A DNA stretch of 57,651 bases, the filler included, from Catajapyx aquilonaris (taxonomy: Eukaryota): assembly GCA_000934665.2 (NCBI GenBank). It is 2 parts of 2 records of this genome, joined end to end, with 100 filler letters (N's around TTAATTAATTAA, not from the genome) between each part and the next. Parts side by side here need not be neighbours in the genome. Positions count along the whole stretch, not along the records: positions 28,894 to 57,651 come from JYFJ02004877.1; 1 more part is not named here. The stretch is one strand, 5' to 3'. Made by a program: the position numbers and the translations under genes. The notes below the pieces were generated by a model. It worked only from the letters and a program-made list of their open reading frames with translations, searched no databases and was not told the DNA's origin. Below, piece after piece: positions 46,001 to 57,651 of the stretch (its first letter is position 1; each line of letters begins with the position of its first letter).

Positions 46001-49000
46001 GATATTCCAATTTTAAATTTCGAAGGCCCATAAGATTCCATTGTAAATCCCACTTTCGGGGGCTTCCATAGTGATCTATGATCGTTACTCCACAACCAGG
46101 ACCAAACCATCATAATCTACGCTAGTGAAACTATCTTCTGAGATATGTAACTCATTTTTGACAAACAGTGGACCTTGATCTTTCTTCCCCCAAGGTCTTC
46201 ATATGGCAATTCCACTTTCAGCACATTTAAAAAGTCACCATTTTCTAACTACAAACTAACAGAAATAGGCTGACAAAATTTGCAAATGTAGATTTTTTTG
46301 CAAATGTATTGCTTGTCTCTTTTTCATAAATCTATACACTCAAACCTTGGACATGGCAAATTTCTGGCCACAGAAATGTTAGCGTTATTGCAAAACAACA
46401 CCTGACTGGATGAAGACACAAGGACGACTTTTTGTATTAGAAATGACAGTCACCATTGATAAGCAGGCCTTGGTGGACTAGTGGTTAGCGCGCTCGCCTC
46501 TGGTCCCAAAGTTGTGGGTTCGAACCCGGCCGAGGTCGGTGACTTTTCTCCGGGTGGTAGAAAAGTGAGAGTGCGCCTTCCTTCGGAGGGGAAGTAAAGC
46601 CGTCGGTCCCGTGTGCTTGTGACATTGTGCGAGTGCACGTTAAAGATCCCCAGAGTGGCCAAATTTCCTGGAGGAGGACCACCCCCTGGTGTCGGTGTTG
46701 AGCCTTAGGGGCAGAAATAGGCCGACGTTAAGCCCCACTGAACCCAGTCACCATTGATAGACCCAAAATTACCATGAATAGTGATGGCACAGTGGTGCAG
46801 TGATTATGGTCACAGCCTTCCACCTCTGAGGACCTGAGTTTTATCCCCAGGTCATGCAGGCACTTTTAATGAGGATTTTATCATGGGGAAAGAGTTTTGA
46901 AGGGCTCTCTCCATACTTGTGTGGGTTTTTCTGGGGTTTGCCTGTATCCTCTCACTGTCAAAATCCATCAGTGCAGGCAATGAATAAAGTCAGGTGTTGG
47001 AAAAGAAGATATCCTAAAAGGCCCTGATGGGGGTATCCAATAATTAATTTTATTTATTTATTTTATTTTATTTACTCCGTGATACAACACTTGGTCGTTA
47101 TAGGGGGGTGGCAGACCACCATACAGTCTTCTAATTATTTATTTTTTCTTCAGACACCGGTGCAAGGATTACTAGGAAATAGGGTAAGGGTTGGGGATTT
47201 GGGGAGGGGACACATGTGCAGGTGCATTGTCCAGCGGTGGGCCAGGTGCAGTCCCCCAGGAGGTCAGGTTGCCAAGACGCCTCCTTAGGCACGGGTCACG
47301 ACCCATTGATGCAAGCGAAAGGTTTGTTCCCGGGTGGGGATTTGAACCTGGGACCTTTCGCATAGCAAGCCGAGACGTTACCATCTCGGCCACCGTGCCT
47401 CCCCCAGGGTATCCAATAATTAAGCCCCAGATTTTTAGGTTTTTACCTATTTTGTTCCTTGATAGTTATTCCGAATTTTTCAACATATCTTTGCAAGTTG
47501 GGGTACCCTGAGTGGAAGATATGTATTATAAATCTTGTAGAACCTAAAATAACCTAATTGGGGGGTTAGAACCTATAAAACGTAAATATATTGAGGTTAA
47601 AACCTAACAAATAGCTATTTTGGGGATTTTAACGGAAAGTCACTTTCTTCTGCTTACTCCTGCGCATGTGTGGAGTGCACGAGAGAGACCAAATGTGGCT
47701 CACCCATGCAGAATAATGTCCTCTAACTACCGCAGTAAAAATATCCCAATATGTACAATACGTTCGGAAATAATTGCTAAGAGAAACTTATTTTCGGAAC
47801 AACCCTTGTAGGCCCCTTGTTGGATCCAGTGCAGTAGGACCTATCTTCTTTCCACTCTTTGACGCACCTCCAGATTGTGCTAATTACCTGGTACCTCATC
47901 TTTTGCAAGGAGGTGGAAAAAACAAACCACTCCACAGTGGCAAGAACAGTCAGGGATGCCTTGCTTGTCTTGTGGGAGAATGGCAAGCAGGATTAAAAAT
48001 TAAGAATTTTGGTGACGGACAGCGCTGCATATGTGCTGAAGGCGGGGCAGGGCTTAAAAGCATTCTACTCACAAATGATGCATGTCACGTGCTTGGCACA
48101 CAGGTTTATACACAGTGAGACTGAAGAGTTCTGGGTACTTCATCCTTCTGTGAACACCACAATCTCGTCTGTGTAAAAGATTTTCCTGAAGGCTCCAAGC
48201 TGAGCCATTGTTTTCAAGGAATTACTATCAGGAGTCCCCCTCCCCCCAGAGACAATCCTCACAAGATGGGGGACATGGCTGTCAGCTGCACTGTATTATG
48301 CTGACCACTATGCTGGCATCAAGGAAGTGGTCAATGAGTTGGATGAACAAGATGCAGCCTATTGCAACAGCAAAGGCAGCTCTGAATTTGCAATGGGCTA
48401 TTAAAGCATTGGGATACAACCAATTGTAGTTATAATAATTTATTGTATGTTCTCTCATTTCAGGAAGACAATGCTAAGGTCACATATGCATCTGTCTTCT
48501 TGCCGATTGCCAAGAGCATAGCTGCTCTTCAGTGGTACCAACAGGTTGAGCTCCATTCCCTCACTGATGGAGTTACAGAGATCATTGCTATGGACCTGGG
48601 TAGGAAATGCATATTAATAGACCATTACTGATCCAGTGCTTCTGATTGTGGTTCTCTTTTTAGGTCTGAAGAGTGCCCTCTTTAGCAATTGCCTACTCAG
48701 GGACACCTTCCTTGTATTGTGTTCAGGGGTGGCTATCTTTGCTTGCATGTGGGCTTACACAGCCTCATTGATAGTCACCGTGGCAACACTTGTTTCCATT
48801 GCCTCTTCGCTTGGGGTCAGCTATTTCCTCTACACTGTGGTTTTTCAGATACACTTCTTCCCATTCATGAACCTACTGGCTGCAGTGGTGTCTATTGGTG
48901 AGTGTGATAGAATATGATAATGAACAGGAACAACTCATTGGACAAGTTTCTTTATATTCACAGGTGTTGGCTGTGATGGCACATTTGTCTACTGCAAGGC

Positions 49001-50996
49001 CTGGGAGTGTGCAAAAGCAGAGAAGAACAGTGGAACCCTGAGCAAGATTGTGTCAGATGCCTTCCGACATGCAGGTCCCTCCATCTTTGTGACTTCAATG
49101 ACTACAGCTGCTGCATTTTATGCATCATATATTGGGCGGGTCACTGCTATTCGCTGCTTTGGAATCTTTGCTGGAACTGCTATCCTTGCCAACTTTGCTC
49201 TCACTTTGACACTCATACCAGCTGCTGTTGTCATTTCTGAACAGTGGTGCCACATGCCATGCACACAACTTGCTAGCATATATGCATCCACTGTAGCATT
49301 AGGGCACTCTGCCTTTGGTATGCTAGCATCTGTCATATTTCGATTGCGGTTTGTATGGATTGCATTGTTTGGAATGGCAGCTATATTCGGTGGTCTGGCC
49401 ACTTTTTATAGTCCAAGGTTACAGTTGCCAGATTCAGGGGGTTTCCAGTTGTTCCGCAGTTCTCACCCATTTGAGGTGTATGACATGCACCTCAAAGATA
49501 TGTTTAGATTTGAACGTGCCCAGCATGATGATGATGCTGTAGAAAAACTTCCATTGCGGTTTGTGTGGGGTGTAGTTGCTGTGGACAATGGAGATCATCT
49601 TAATCCTACGTCGCGTGGGTCACTCATGCTTGACTCAACTTTTAATGTGTCATCACCAGAGTCCCAAACATGGCTTTTGCAGTTCTGCCATGAGCTCCAG
49701 GCACAGTCATTTTATGGTCCAACCTTGGGCCCAATGTTGCCTAACTGTTTCATACAGACATTCAAGTCATGGATGGAACGTCGTTGTAGTGACACCATTG
49801 AAGACCGCACTCCATGTTGTGAAACATCATTGTTTCCATTCAATGCACTTGTTTTTGAACAATGCATTGGTGATGCTGTACGCTCACTATATGAAACCCC
49901 AGCAGAATTTTTCATCCCAGGCATTGCTGGTCCAAAATTTGACAGCGCTGGGCACATTCGTGTGGCTGTGGTGGAGTATGACAGCAACATTACCTACACC
50001 CACTCATACTTAGACATGCAACACTTCTACTCCTCAGTTGAACGGTGGGCCCACAACCAAATGGCATCAGCACCTTCTGGGATGCAAAATGGGTGGTTCA
50101 TATCCCACTTGGCATTTTATGACCTGCAGAGATGCCTTGCTTCTGATACTGCAGCAGCTATGTTGGTTGCATTAGGAGTGTCCCTCTTGGTTGTGCTCTT
50201 GACTACTCTTAACCTATTGGTAAGTTTATACGCAGTGGCTGTCGCATCATCCACCATCCTGGTATCAATTGGTACCCTTGTGGCACTTGGATGGAAGCTC
50301 AATATAGTTGAGTCTGTTGCTGTGACAGCTGCTATTGGGCTTGCAGCTGACTATCCATTGCATTATGCCATGTGTTACAAGATCATGGAAGGTGATCGTC
50401 CTCGTCGTGCAATGTGCACTGTAACCAAGATGGGTGCCCCTGTCACAATGGCTGCCCTAACCACTATGCTAGCTGGATTATTCATGTTGCCATCTACTGT
50501 CCTTGCATATAAGCAGATTGGCACCTTCATAGTGGTTCTGACTCTAACAAGCTGGTCATTTAGCACTTTCCTTCTGACATCACTACTAGCGGCAGCTGGT
50601 CCCGAGGGCTCTTTTGGACAACTTCAACTTCCTGCTTGCCAGTCAGGATCACCAACCCAAGCTGTAGACAAGGCAGTTTATTCAGTTGTGCTTTCTGAGT
50701 CAAATTTAAGCACATCGAGTGCAACCTGCCCAGCATTGAGTCACAGTGAGAGCCACGAGTTAGAACCATTAACTACACAAAACAGGAGTGCCAGGTGTAG
50801 CAGACCAAGATCAGTATCCTTGACCAATCAGAAGTCTGGGTCATTGACCCCAGGCCGAAAGGTCAGCCTGCCAACTCCAGCACTGGATGTAGGTGCCACC
50901 AGTAGTGTAGGGGAAACAGTGGGAAGTGATACAACAATTATCATGTCTGATGAACTGGACTCTTTGGAGGCATCCCAGCAGGTGCTTGTCATGTAA
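34048..50996 (+). CDS. disp: Protein dispatched (Hedgehog exporter, RND / sterol-sensing-domain family), ~1088 aa
   Basis: Exons 34048-34179, 39770-39913, 41227-41383, 41605-41840, 44820-45014, 48464-48599, 48664-48897, 48964-50996; 3267 nt, phase-consistent. [74 protein letters not shown] and GWKLNIVES are Dispatched-type motifs. The start Met is inferred from similarity to insect Disp N-termini. Confidence 0.93.
34261..35048. mobile_element. piggyBac-like MITE, composite copy (TTAA TSD) carrying a nested insertion
   Basis: TTAA|CCCTTAACTACGTAGG ... CTACGTAGTTACGGG|TTAA; homologous to 28076-28522; extra internal TIR copies at ~34464-34488 and ~34543-34577. Confidence 0.8.
34732..34976. mobile_element. 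Nested Mutator-like MITE with TTAGG-like internal repeats
   Basis: TIR CTTGCTCTTACTGGCGTGCG / CGCACGCCGGTAAGAGCAAG; 8-bp TSD AAATATAC on both sides; the empty site is visible in the sister copy at ~28477. Confidence 0.75.
35469..36964. mobile_element. hAT-like foldback element with ~500-bp inverted arms
   Basis: CACGGTTGTGAACC... / ...GGTTCACAACCCTG; 8-bp TSD TTATGTAT / TTATGTGT. The arms give near-identical ORF translations on opposite strands and contain ~29-nt tandem repeats. An inner CAGAGCTGCCAAC-ended element (35990-36452) is flanked by TGCATA. Confidence 0.8.
37000..37559. mobile_element. Tc1/mariner-like foldback MITE with ~245-bp near-perfect TIRs
   Basis: TA|CAGGGTGGTCGGTAAATGGCGG ... 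CCGCCATTTACCGATCACCCTG|TA; ORFs 37015+ and 37314- are mirror images of each other. Confidence 0.85.
38507..38755. mobile_element. Sola-like MITE (AATT TSD)
   Basis: AATT|GAAGGGGTCGGTGCAATACTGCCCTAACCC ... GGGTTAGGGCGGTATTGCACCGACCCCTTC|AATT. Confidence 0.7.
40898..41176 (-). mobile_element. tRNA-derived SINE
   Basis: The minus strand starts GGGGAGGCTCAGTGGTGCTGCGG (A-box) ... GGTTCGATCCC (B-box) and has an AT-rich tail; the 3' boundary is approximate. Confidence 0.65.
41997..42617. mobile_element. Tc1/mariner-like foldback MITE (~290-bp diverged arms)
   Basis: TA|CAGGGTG... / ...AACCTG|TA; the arms mirror each other (GTGAGAAATGTCAA / TTGACATTTCTCAC; CTGACAGATGGAC / GTCCATCTGTCAG) around ~42300. 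Confidence 0.7.
42620..43750. mobile_element. Foldback element with ~330-bp diverged arms and an inner inverted repeat
   Basis: ATTACAATTTGACCTGGTGTATAGGTGGTGCCCATA is mirrored by TATGGGCACCACCTATATACTAGGTCAAATTGTAAT; inner IR at 43049-43100 / 43209-43287. Boundaries approximate. Confidence 0.65.
43803..44423. mobile_element. Degenerate hAT-like MITE
   Basis: GTGGTGGCTCGT..GGGGCTGA / TCAGCCCC..ATGAGCTGCCACTG termini. Confidence 0.4.
44460..44671. mobile_element. hAT-like MITE with 6-bp TSD
   Basis: CATCAG|CAGGGGTCGAA ... TTTGACCCCTG|CATCAG; internal GGAGTGC repeats. Confidence 0.65.
46462..46744 (+). mobile_element. tRNA-derived SINE, full length
   Basis: A-box TGGACTAGTGG, B-box GGTTCGAACCC; perfect 15-bp TSD CAGTCACCATTGATA (46447-46461 / 46745-46759). 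Confidence 0.85.
46786..47047 (+). mobile_element. Older degenerate tRNA-derived SINE
   Basis: GGCACAGTGGTGCAGTG head with a decayed B-box; the 3' part is homologous to ~37690-37830. Confidence 0.5.
47048..47406 (-). mobile_element. tRNA-derived SINE, full length
   Basis: Minus head GGGGAGGCACGGTGGCCGAGATGG..GGTTCAAATCC; (TAAA)n tail; 17-bp TSD GGGTATCCAATAATTAA (47031-47047 / 47407-47423). Confidence 0.85.
48006..48370 (+). pseudogene. Degenerate hAT-family (DUF659 / CGGBP1-like) transposase fragment
   Basis: Across frameshifts and stops it reads [31 protein letters not shown]...KIFLKAPS*...[28 protein letters not shown]-rich subterminal repeats lie upstream (47424-47610). Confidence 0.75.
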
Positions 50997-52529
50997 TAGG
51001 TATCACAAGAAATTGAAAGACTGGGTTGACAATATCAGGGAGAAGTAGGTATTGTTGCATTGTAAAGACTGGGTGAAATATTACGTATTATGAGTAGTTG
51101 GCAGTATGGAAAATACCTTTCGCAGAATTGGTACAAAATGGATTTTTATCAATTTGAAGTACAATGCCATTTAATTCAATGATATGAGGTGACCTATGTA
51201 GTGATTCTATAATTTGTATACAAATGACTGAAAATTACTGGGTTGAACAACCATATGTCGAGAGCAGGTCAGGGTGGAACTCACATTTGAGCGTGATCTG
51301 CATGCATAATGAAGAACAAGCATGGGTTTGCTTGACTCCAACCCTGGATCCCAAGCCTGCCATTTCCATGAATAACCAGCATCACATCCAGGCCTGTGGA
51401 GAGCTGAGGCATATCTTGTTGTCAGCCTCAACCTCCTCCAGGAGCTCCAAATACTTATTCCAACTCAATTATTCCATTCCTCCATTTTCAAATGCCGTCA
51501 ATCCTGGCTGGAGGGGGTAGTCAACCCTGACCTGCAGCTAGGTCATCCCTGAATTGGCCCCATGCTGTGAGCTGAACTGCCATTATGTATACAAACATAA
51601 GAGTTGACCACCTCTCAACCCAGTGTCAACATTTACTTTGTGTTTGAAAATTTGTTATTATATGGAGCTAATAAGTAGTTGATTAGCACATTTCCATTGC
51701 CCTTTTCCTAATTTATCCATTTATTTTGGGTTTAAGAGCTCTGTGACAAATCATGCTATTGGTTGATTAAAATCAATTCTCCTCCATGCCCAGATGGGGT
51801 CCTGATATAATGGTGGAGTTGTATCTTTACATTCAACTCAACACTTTCATCCAGTTGGTTTTAAAAACATAGAAATGGACATTGCTAAGAAAGCCTTTTT
51901 TTTTGTTCTCCGTGTCATTAGTAGCTCTAGTACTTATTAGATAGTAGTGCTACTAATGCAAAGGTCCAAGAACTGGCACTATCCACCCATTTGCTGCTGA
52001 ATAGTAGGTGGTGATAGCTGTTGGAGTGCGCTCCAACTGCATTTTGTAATTTATTTAATTTAATGGGGAGAGGGCTATGTCCACGCTGCCTCTCAGGGGA
52101 GTTGTCGTCATGGTTGTGAGCGATCAGAAATGACATTAGTACCAGCACAACTAACCATATTCCCTCAGCCCCCTCACCACAATGTAAACAGGGGCCAACC
52201 AATACCTGAGTCAATTATATCATGCCCTGCCAAAACAACAACAACAACAACAACAACAGCAGCAGCAAAACAAGCCTTATGCACATTGCAGACTCCAGTT
52301 GAATAATGCTGGAGCAAGAGTAGTAGAAATTTCTGCTACTCTTGCCTGAACACTAGTCAATGGGCATTCTATCCATAGTAAGTTCTCAATACTTGGACAG
52401 TTGATGATACAAAAAGATCTAAAGTGCAGTGTGACTTGCCTGCTTGACATTGCCAGAAGTTTGTTGTTGGTGGAAATCAACCTTTCCTACATCCTACCAT
52501 TTCATAATTGAATGAGCTTTGTTGACTAA

Positions 52530-52651
52530 GGGCCAGTTGTACCAGGTTGGATGCATCTAGGAATCTAGGATTTAATGGCTGTTAATAATTGTTCATTAAT
52601 TTTTCCACTAAATCTTAGATTCATACAGCATCCAACCTGGTGCAGGAAGCC
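52530..52651. mobile_element. Small Harbinger-like MITE
   Basis: TGTACCAGGTTGGATGC / GCATCCAACCTGGTGCA inverted pair. Confidence 0.5.
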
Positions 52652-55280
52652 TGCTTAGTGACAGGATGGCAAGGTGTGGATGCATTGGAACATGGCTAGA
52701 CACTGGCAAGAAGGCAATTCAAAGAAAAGTAAAAATAACTTAAGTGATGTAAATGGCCATAATTATGCTAATGAGGGGTGTATGGAAGGTCAGATTGGAA
52801 CAGTCTAGACAAGGTTTTATATGAAGAGTTTGTGAGCATTATTAGATGGTAGTCATGCATGCAAAGGTATCTGCAAGACTTGCCCTTCAGGGTAAGTCAT
52901 CAAATACATTATAAGAACAGCATTATTAAAGTTATGTGGAAAGTCAGATGCCGTCCCAGTAGGGTGATGCGTGCTACAGTGCATGCACATATCTGGTGTT
53001 ATGTTATTAGATTATACTGTTGGGTTTGTCGAGTTGTTTGTGTTTAATGTCTTGTTACTTGTTTTATGGATATGAATGTGTGTTGTTTTAGTTAATAAGT
53101 GGCGTTAACTTGTGTCTCTTTCATCGCTGACTACCCCTTACAGGGAAAATGTCGCGATGATGATGATGGTGACGATGAGCTACTGTAGGATTTATGGGAC
53201 CCTCAAACAAAAGGGGAAATTTTTACTCAAGATATTTTACTGTGTATGAAATTGTTTTATGAAATAATTATGCTCTCCTCATTAGGCAAAAAAAAAAGAG
53301 CTCGACAGAAATACCTGCATCTCTCTTGGTTGCTGAGCAACATCAATATGGGCCATTAGAAAGCATGGATCTCCACTTTTAGGTTCAAGTAATGGCATTG
53401 CCCTTTCCAGTAGTCATGTGTCAGCTGAAGTGTTGATGCAAGTAAAAGATTGTTTCTGGTGCCATTTCTAATGTAAAACACAAATGAACACACATGTGGC
53501 TGTTTTTTGTGGTCTAATTGTGCTGATTGTTACAAATCCTGGGTACTCCCCAGGTCTCACCTATAGCCTAGGTTGGTTTCTATCTCCATAGATTAAAGAT
53601 CAGGTTGTATAACTGGGTTAAGTTGGGTTAGCTAATCTAACCTGGGTATTGGAATATTGGTATTTTGTGTATTTAGCATATGAAAAAAACAACAACTTAG
53701 CATCAAAGTGTGATATAGGCACAATTTCTCTGGCTCTCTCCCCACTACCCCCACATGCATGCTAGATCAGCTGGAGGGTGAGGCATAATTATTGCATAAA
53801 ATTCATATGCACTGCTAAAAATTTGAACAATGTTGTTGTGCAGAGGTGCTATAGCCTCCTTTACCTCTGAAGAGGTCTACTTATTTGTGTTGAACATTAT
53901 CCAAGGGGCATGTAATATCCAGCATTACAACAATAAGGATGGAAATAGAGATAGCATGTCTGTTAGGGGAGTTGGGATGGGAGGAGCTGTAAGAAGTCAT
54001 GCCAAAACATTTCCAATTCCACTTGGCTGTAAGTGATTGCGTTAAAAAACAAATTCTGGGAATTATAAACTAGCTACCAAGAAGTAGCTACAATGAGCTC
54101 ATGGCTGTTAATGGAGAACAGTATTAATGTTGCTGTCAGGTCAAACTGTGTGATATTACAAAGTGTTTGAAATTGTTGGTAACTTTTGATGGCTATAACA
54201 TAGTAAAAGAGAGTCAGCATTGTTGAACACTGACTGGTATACGTATTTAAAAGGCTCATGTACAATATATTTAATCCTAGTATTAGTGTGAAGGCACTTA
54301 CATCCTCAAGAATGCAATGCTTTCTCATGCTATTACCTAACAAGACGGTGATATTGCAAGGAATTACTGTCTGTAAATTATGTAAGGCTGTAATGGAGGA
54401 GGTATCCTGGTCGTGTTGGTGCTAGTACAAGTAATTTTATGGTCAATGGTCAGTTGTAGACTGCAGTTACATTACTTGGAGGTGTGGGAAGGAATGATGA
54501 GAGTTTTAAAAATTAGAGTCTGAGGGTGTCTACAACATTATGACAATGGAAGTAAAACTACTGGAGTTTGAAAGTAATTCCCTGTATCTCCATGTATAAT
54601 GTGGCTATGGGTAATGGCTGTGCGTTATGGATTTGCATTTTCTTGTATGCGTAGCCTCTGGACAACCCTGTAGTCTCAGTGGACTACTCTGGACTACTTT
54701 GCACTGCCAGACTGCTGGACTACCAACTACAATATAGGACTTGGTAATCCTGCCAGGTAGTTTGTATCATACCACTCACTCCGCTGTTTGATCTGGAGTA
54801 GTGCGTCAAGACTATCCGGTAGCCATGAGTCGTACTTGAAAATGCAAACTCCTGTGGATGTGGAGGACCAGGGACTAAAACAGCATTACATAATATATGG
54901 ATGGCCTTGTAACAATATACTGCTATGAAATGAAAACCTGCATTTAGATATGGTATTGGTATACTTTGGAAATAGTTTTTAAGTTGTGATAAAGATGGCT
55001 CAAAAAAAAGGGGGAGAGACAAGTTGGGATTATACTTTTTAGGAAAATCGGCAGGTATTTTTATAAAGGAATATTTTGCTCATGTCCTAGGAATGTTATT
55101 TATTATTTGTCCAGTCCTGGCAACACACTTGTGTGTGAGAGCTCAAAGGAAGATCTCAATGTTTTATGTGCAGTTATCTGTTGACTGTGACAAGTGTATC
55201 TGATGTGTATTTTAATGGAACCTCAAGTGATTATATTTTTGTGGCTATGTCAACATCAGCCAAGCACATTTTATTTATCC

Positions 55281-57017
55281 CTATTCCCCTTTAGTTACAC
55301 TGGGTTTTAGTCGCAGAGGGTTGGATATCCTGAAGATGCTGGGCAACAACGAGGCCAGACTGTTGAAGACATCTTCTGAGATTCCCTAGGAGAGAGGAAC
55401 AATTACATGTCACACTGGTTTCATGAATTAACTTTCAATTTAGTCACTACCAATGAAAGTTCTGTTGTCAATTACCTTAGGCACTAAAAATTGTAGATTC
55501 TTGAGCTCTGACCCTCCCCATGAGGTCATCTCAATCATGAATCCCTTGACACACTTGTAGACAAGTTCAGCTCTTTTGGCACACCAAGCCACTGTCATGT
55601 TCTCGGAGGTCTCATGGACAAGCAGGGCAGGAATGGTGATGGTGGTGATGGAGTTCAGACATGCCATTTTCAGGACGTTGCGTACACCCAATATGGCAGG
55701 ATGTCTTGAGTTAATATCCCCTGACTTGAGACTGTCATCTACGACCAGGTGGAAGGCCACATGTACATTTGGAAGGTTCGAATGACGTGTCACGTACACA
55801 TCACCTGTCTAGGTCACAGGAAATAGTATGATGATAACAGTCAGTTAAAAAGGAGTTACCTTTTTAAAAGCATGTGAAAGGTCAGTGAATGTAGCAGAGT
55901 TCACTAAATATCATAATTTCATCAGATGTTCAAATGTGTACGTTATTTACTGCTAATGAAAAACATTTCTCTCACTCACATATGTCAACATACCAACATG
56001 AGAATAAGAAAGGAACCAATTAATTTCTCAAAACCCTGTGAAAACTTGGCGATGACAGCAATGCAAGTTGCATATGGTCATGTGGCATAGATGCTGCATA
56101 GTCCATAATATTGGAATAACTCCTTAATGCCTTTTTTGAAGGCCACAGAATGTAACAGAACAGTTGCCATATTAAGATCATGTTATGGATGATTATAATA
56201 ATGCTCGAATTCATGAACATAATTTACATACCTCTACTATAGTTGACCCCATATTGAAAATGTCAACAATATTCTGTTACATTCTGTGGCCTTCAAAAAA
56301 GGCATTAAGGAGTTATTCCAATATTATGGACTATGCAGCATCTATGCCACATGACCATATGCAACTTGCATTGCTGTCATCGCCAAGTTTTCACAGGGTT
56401 TTGAGAAATTAATTGGTTCCTTTCTTATTCTCATGTTGGTACAGTACATACATGTCAGGCAACTATTAATTTTGTATAATTATCTGATTAGCTTGTCTTA
56501 TGACTATACTGTAAATATCACATTGATTTTAGTGAGCTGAGGAGGGTATGCAGTTCTAACCTGGAAGCACTTTGCTGGCTTTACTCCTGAGCTATCATCT
56601 AAGTCTCTGTTTGGACGAGATGCTCTCCACTGCAATGCTTTCCCCATCTCAGACTTCACTTTATCTAGTTGAGACTCGTAAGTTGGAAAATGAAACTCCG
56701 CTGCCTGCTGAGTGACTGCATCAAACTCCTTGCACATGCCACTGTACCTGCTCAAGGAGTCATCCACCAAAAGGACAACACCACACAGGTCATTAGAGTA
56801 CAAAGATATGGCTGTTTGGAGGTGCTGAGGATTCGGCTCTTTGCATTGACTGCTCAGGAAGTCACGATGATGGCACAAGTCAATGGTTTCTCCAGCAAGG
56901 AGGCGAATGTTGTACATCTGTTTCATCTGGGAGCCAAGGTGAATTGTGAAACTCTCCTCCATTACATCAGGAACGACCTCCTCCGTCTGGTGGGGTTTCA
57001 TCTTTGGCAGCCGGTGG
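55281..57017 (-). CDS. C12orf4: 5'-partial C12orf4 / FERRY complex subunit 3 homolog
   Basis: Exons (minus) 57017-56561, 55808-55476, 55385-55281 (TAG); phase-consistent. [79 protein letters not shown] and [11 protein letters not shown] are typical of this family. Confidence 0.9.
55993..56439. mobile_element. Young TA-flanked foldback MITE with ~168-bp apparently perfect arms, in a C12orf4 intron
   Basis: TA|CCAACATGAGAATAAG ... CTTATTCTCATGTTGG|TA; arms 55993-56160 and 56272-56439; mirror ORFs share an identical 46-aa C-terminal translation. Confidence 0.85.
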
Positions 57018-57651
57018 CTATGCAAGGTACAATTGCATGATTACCTCTCAGCCTATTGCCATATTAAGATCATGCACACATACAAACATGATTTTTTTTG
57101 TGATGTCATGGCTAACCAAAACAAAAAAGCAAAGTGTCAGCTTTTTAGCACAGACTTGAAGTAGAGGTTGTGTCACACTTGCAGCTGCATGGGTTTGTTT
57201 ATTTTTTTGTTACGATTTGAAAAAAGAAAATGCAAAATTTCTCCAAAAGTCGGCTGTAAACTTTCCGGGCTTCAACAACAAAAGGTAGGGATTAAGAGTG
57301 AAATTATCATGTCCATCAATTCTTTTGTGCTATGAGAAGGTATTGGTTCCTGTAAAAATGTTTGCAGTTAGATACTTTTAACATTAACACTTTTGTATCA
57401 GGGGCTATTTTGTCACAATGAATTGAGGTGCTCAGAGGAAAAACGGCACATCCCAACCGGAGTTCATTTTGAGATAAACGGCTTTTTGTGTTGCAAGAGA
57501 ATAGGATTTTCCATTGCAGACAAATTTTTAATTTTTAAGTGGAATATGTGAGCTTTGGCATATCCTCCTGAGACCTGGTGTCGACATATGTCGACATCAG
57601 CAAAAGATTTTTTTGGCGCCAACCAGTGATGCCAACAGAACTGTAATAGGC

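Noticed and set aside
45935..46210. Inverted repeat CCATATGAAGACCT..ATCAAGGTCCAC
   Set aside because: Probably internal to a larger decayed DNA transposon whose ends I could not define.
46462..46540. tRNA gene (also 41100-41176 and 47330-47406)
   Set aside because: A and B boxes are present but there is no closed cloverleaf; SINE bodies follow, and two of the three have clear TSDs.

Overview
Eukaryotic genomic DNA from an arthropod, probably a hexapod or pancrustacean (insect-type 14-3-3zeta with mutually exclusive exons). It is intron-rich and dense in MITEs and SINEs, and consists of two contigs joined by an artificial N44-TTAATTAATTAA-N44 spacer at 28794-28893. The left contig holds the 3' part of a SEA-TSP1-4xLDLa gene with no protease domain (+), a complete MRTO4 (-), and, head-to-head with it, 14-3-3zeta (+). 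The right contig holds a complete dispatched gene (+, about 1088 aa) and the 3' part of C12orf4/FERRY3 (-). Highlights: (1) a cryptic, highly diverged but stop-free third exon copy between the two 164-nt mutually exclusive 14-3-3zeta exons; (2) a multi-helix long-range RNA pairing network that could choose among these exons, in which the cryptic exon itself supplies the selector; (3) a Dispatched TM4 motif reading GVGCDG instead of GxGxDD; (4) back-to-back giant foldback elements in dispatched introns; (5) a speculative degenerate CAPA/pyrokinin-like spliced locus. All gene models were assembled by eye from splice signals and reading-frame phase; nothing was database-searched or folded computationally.
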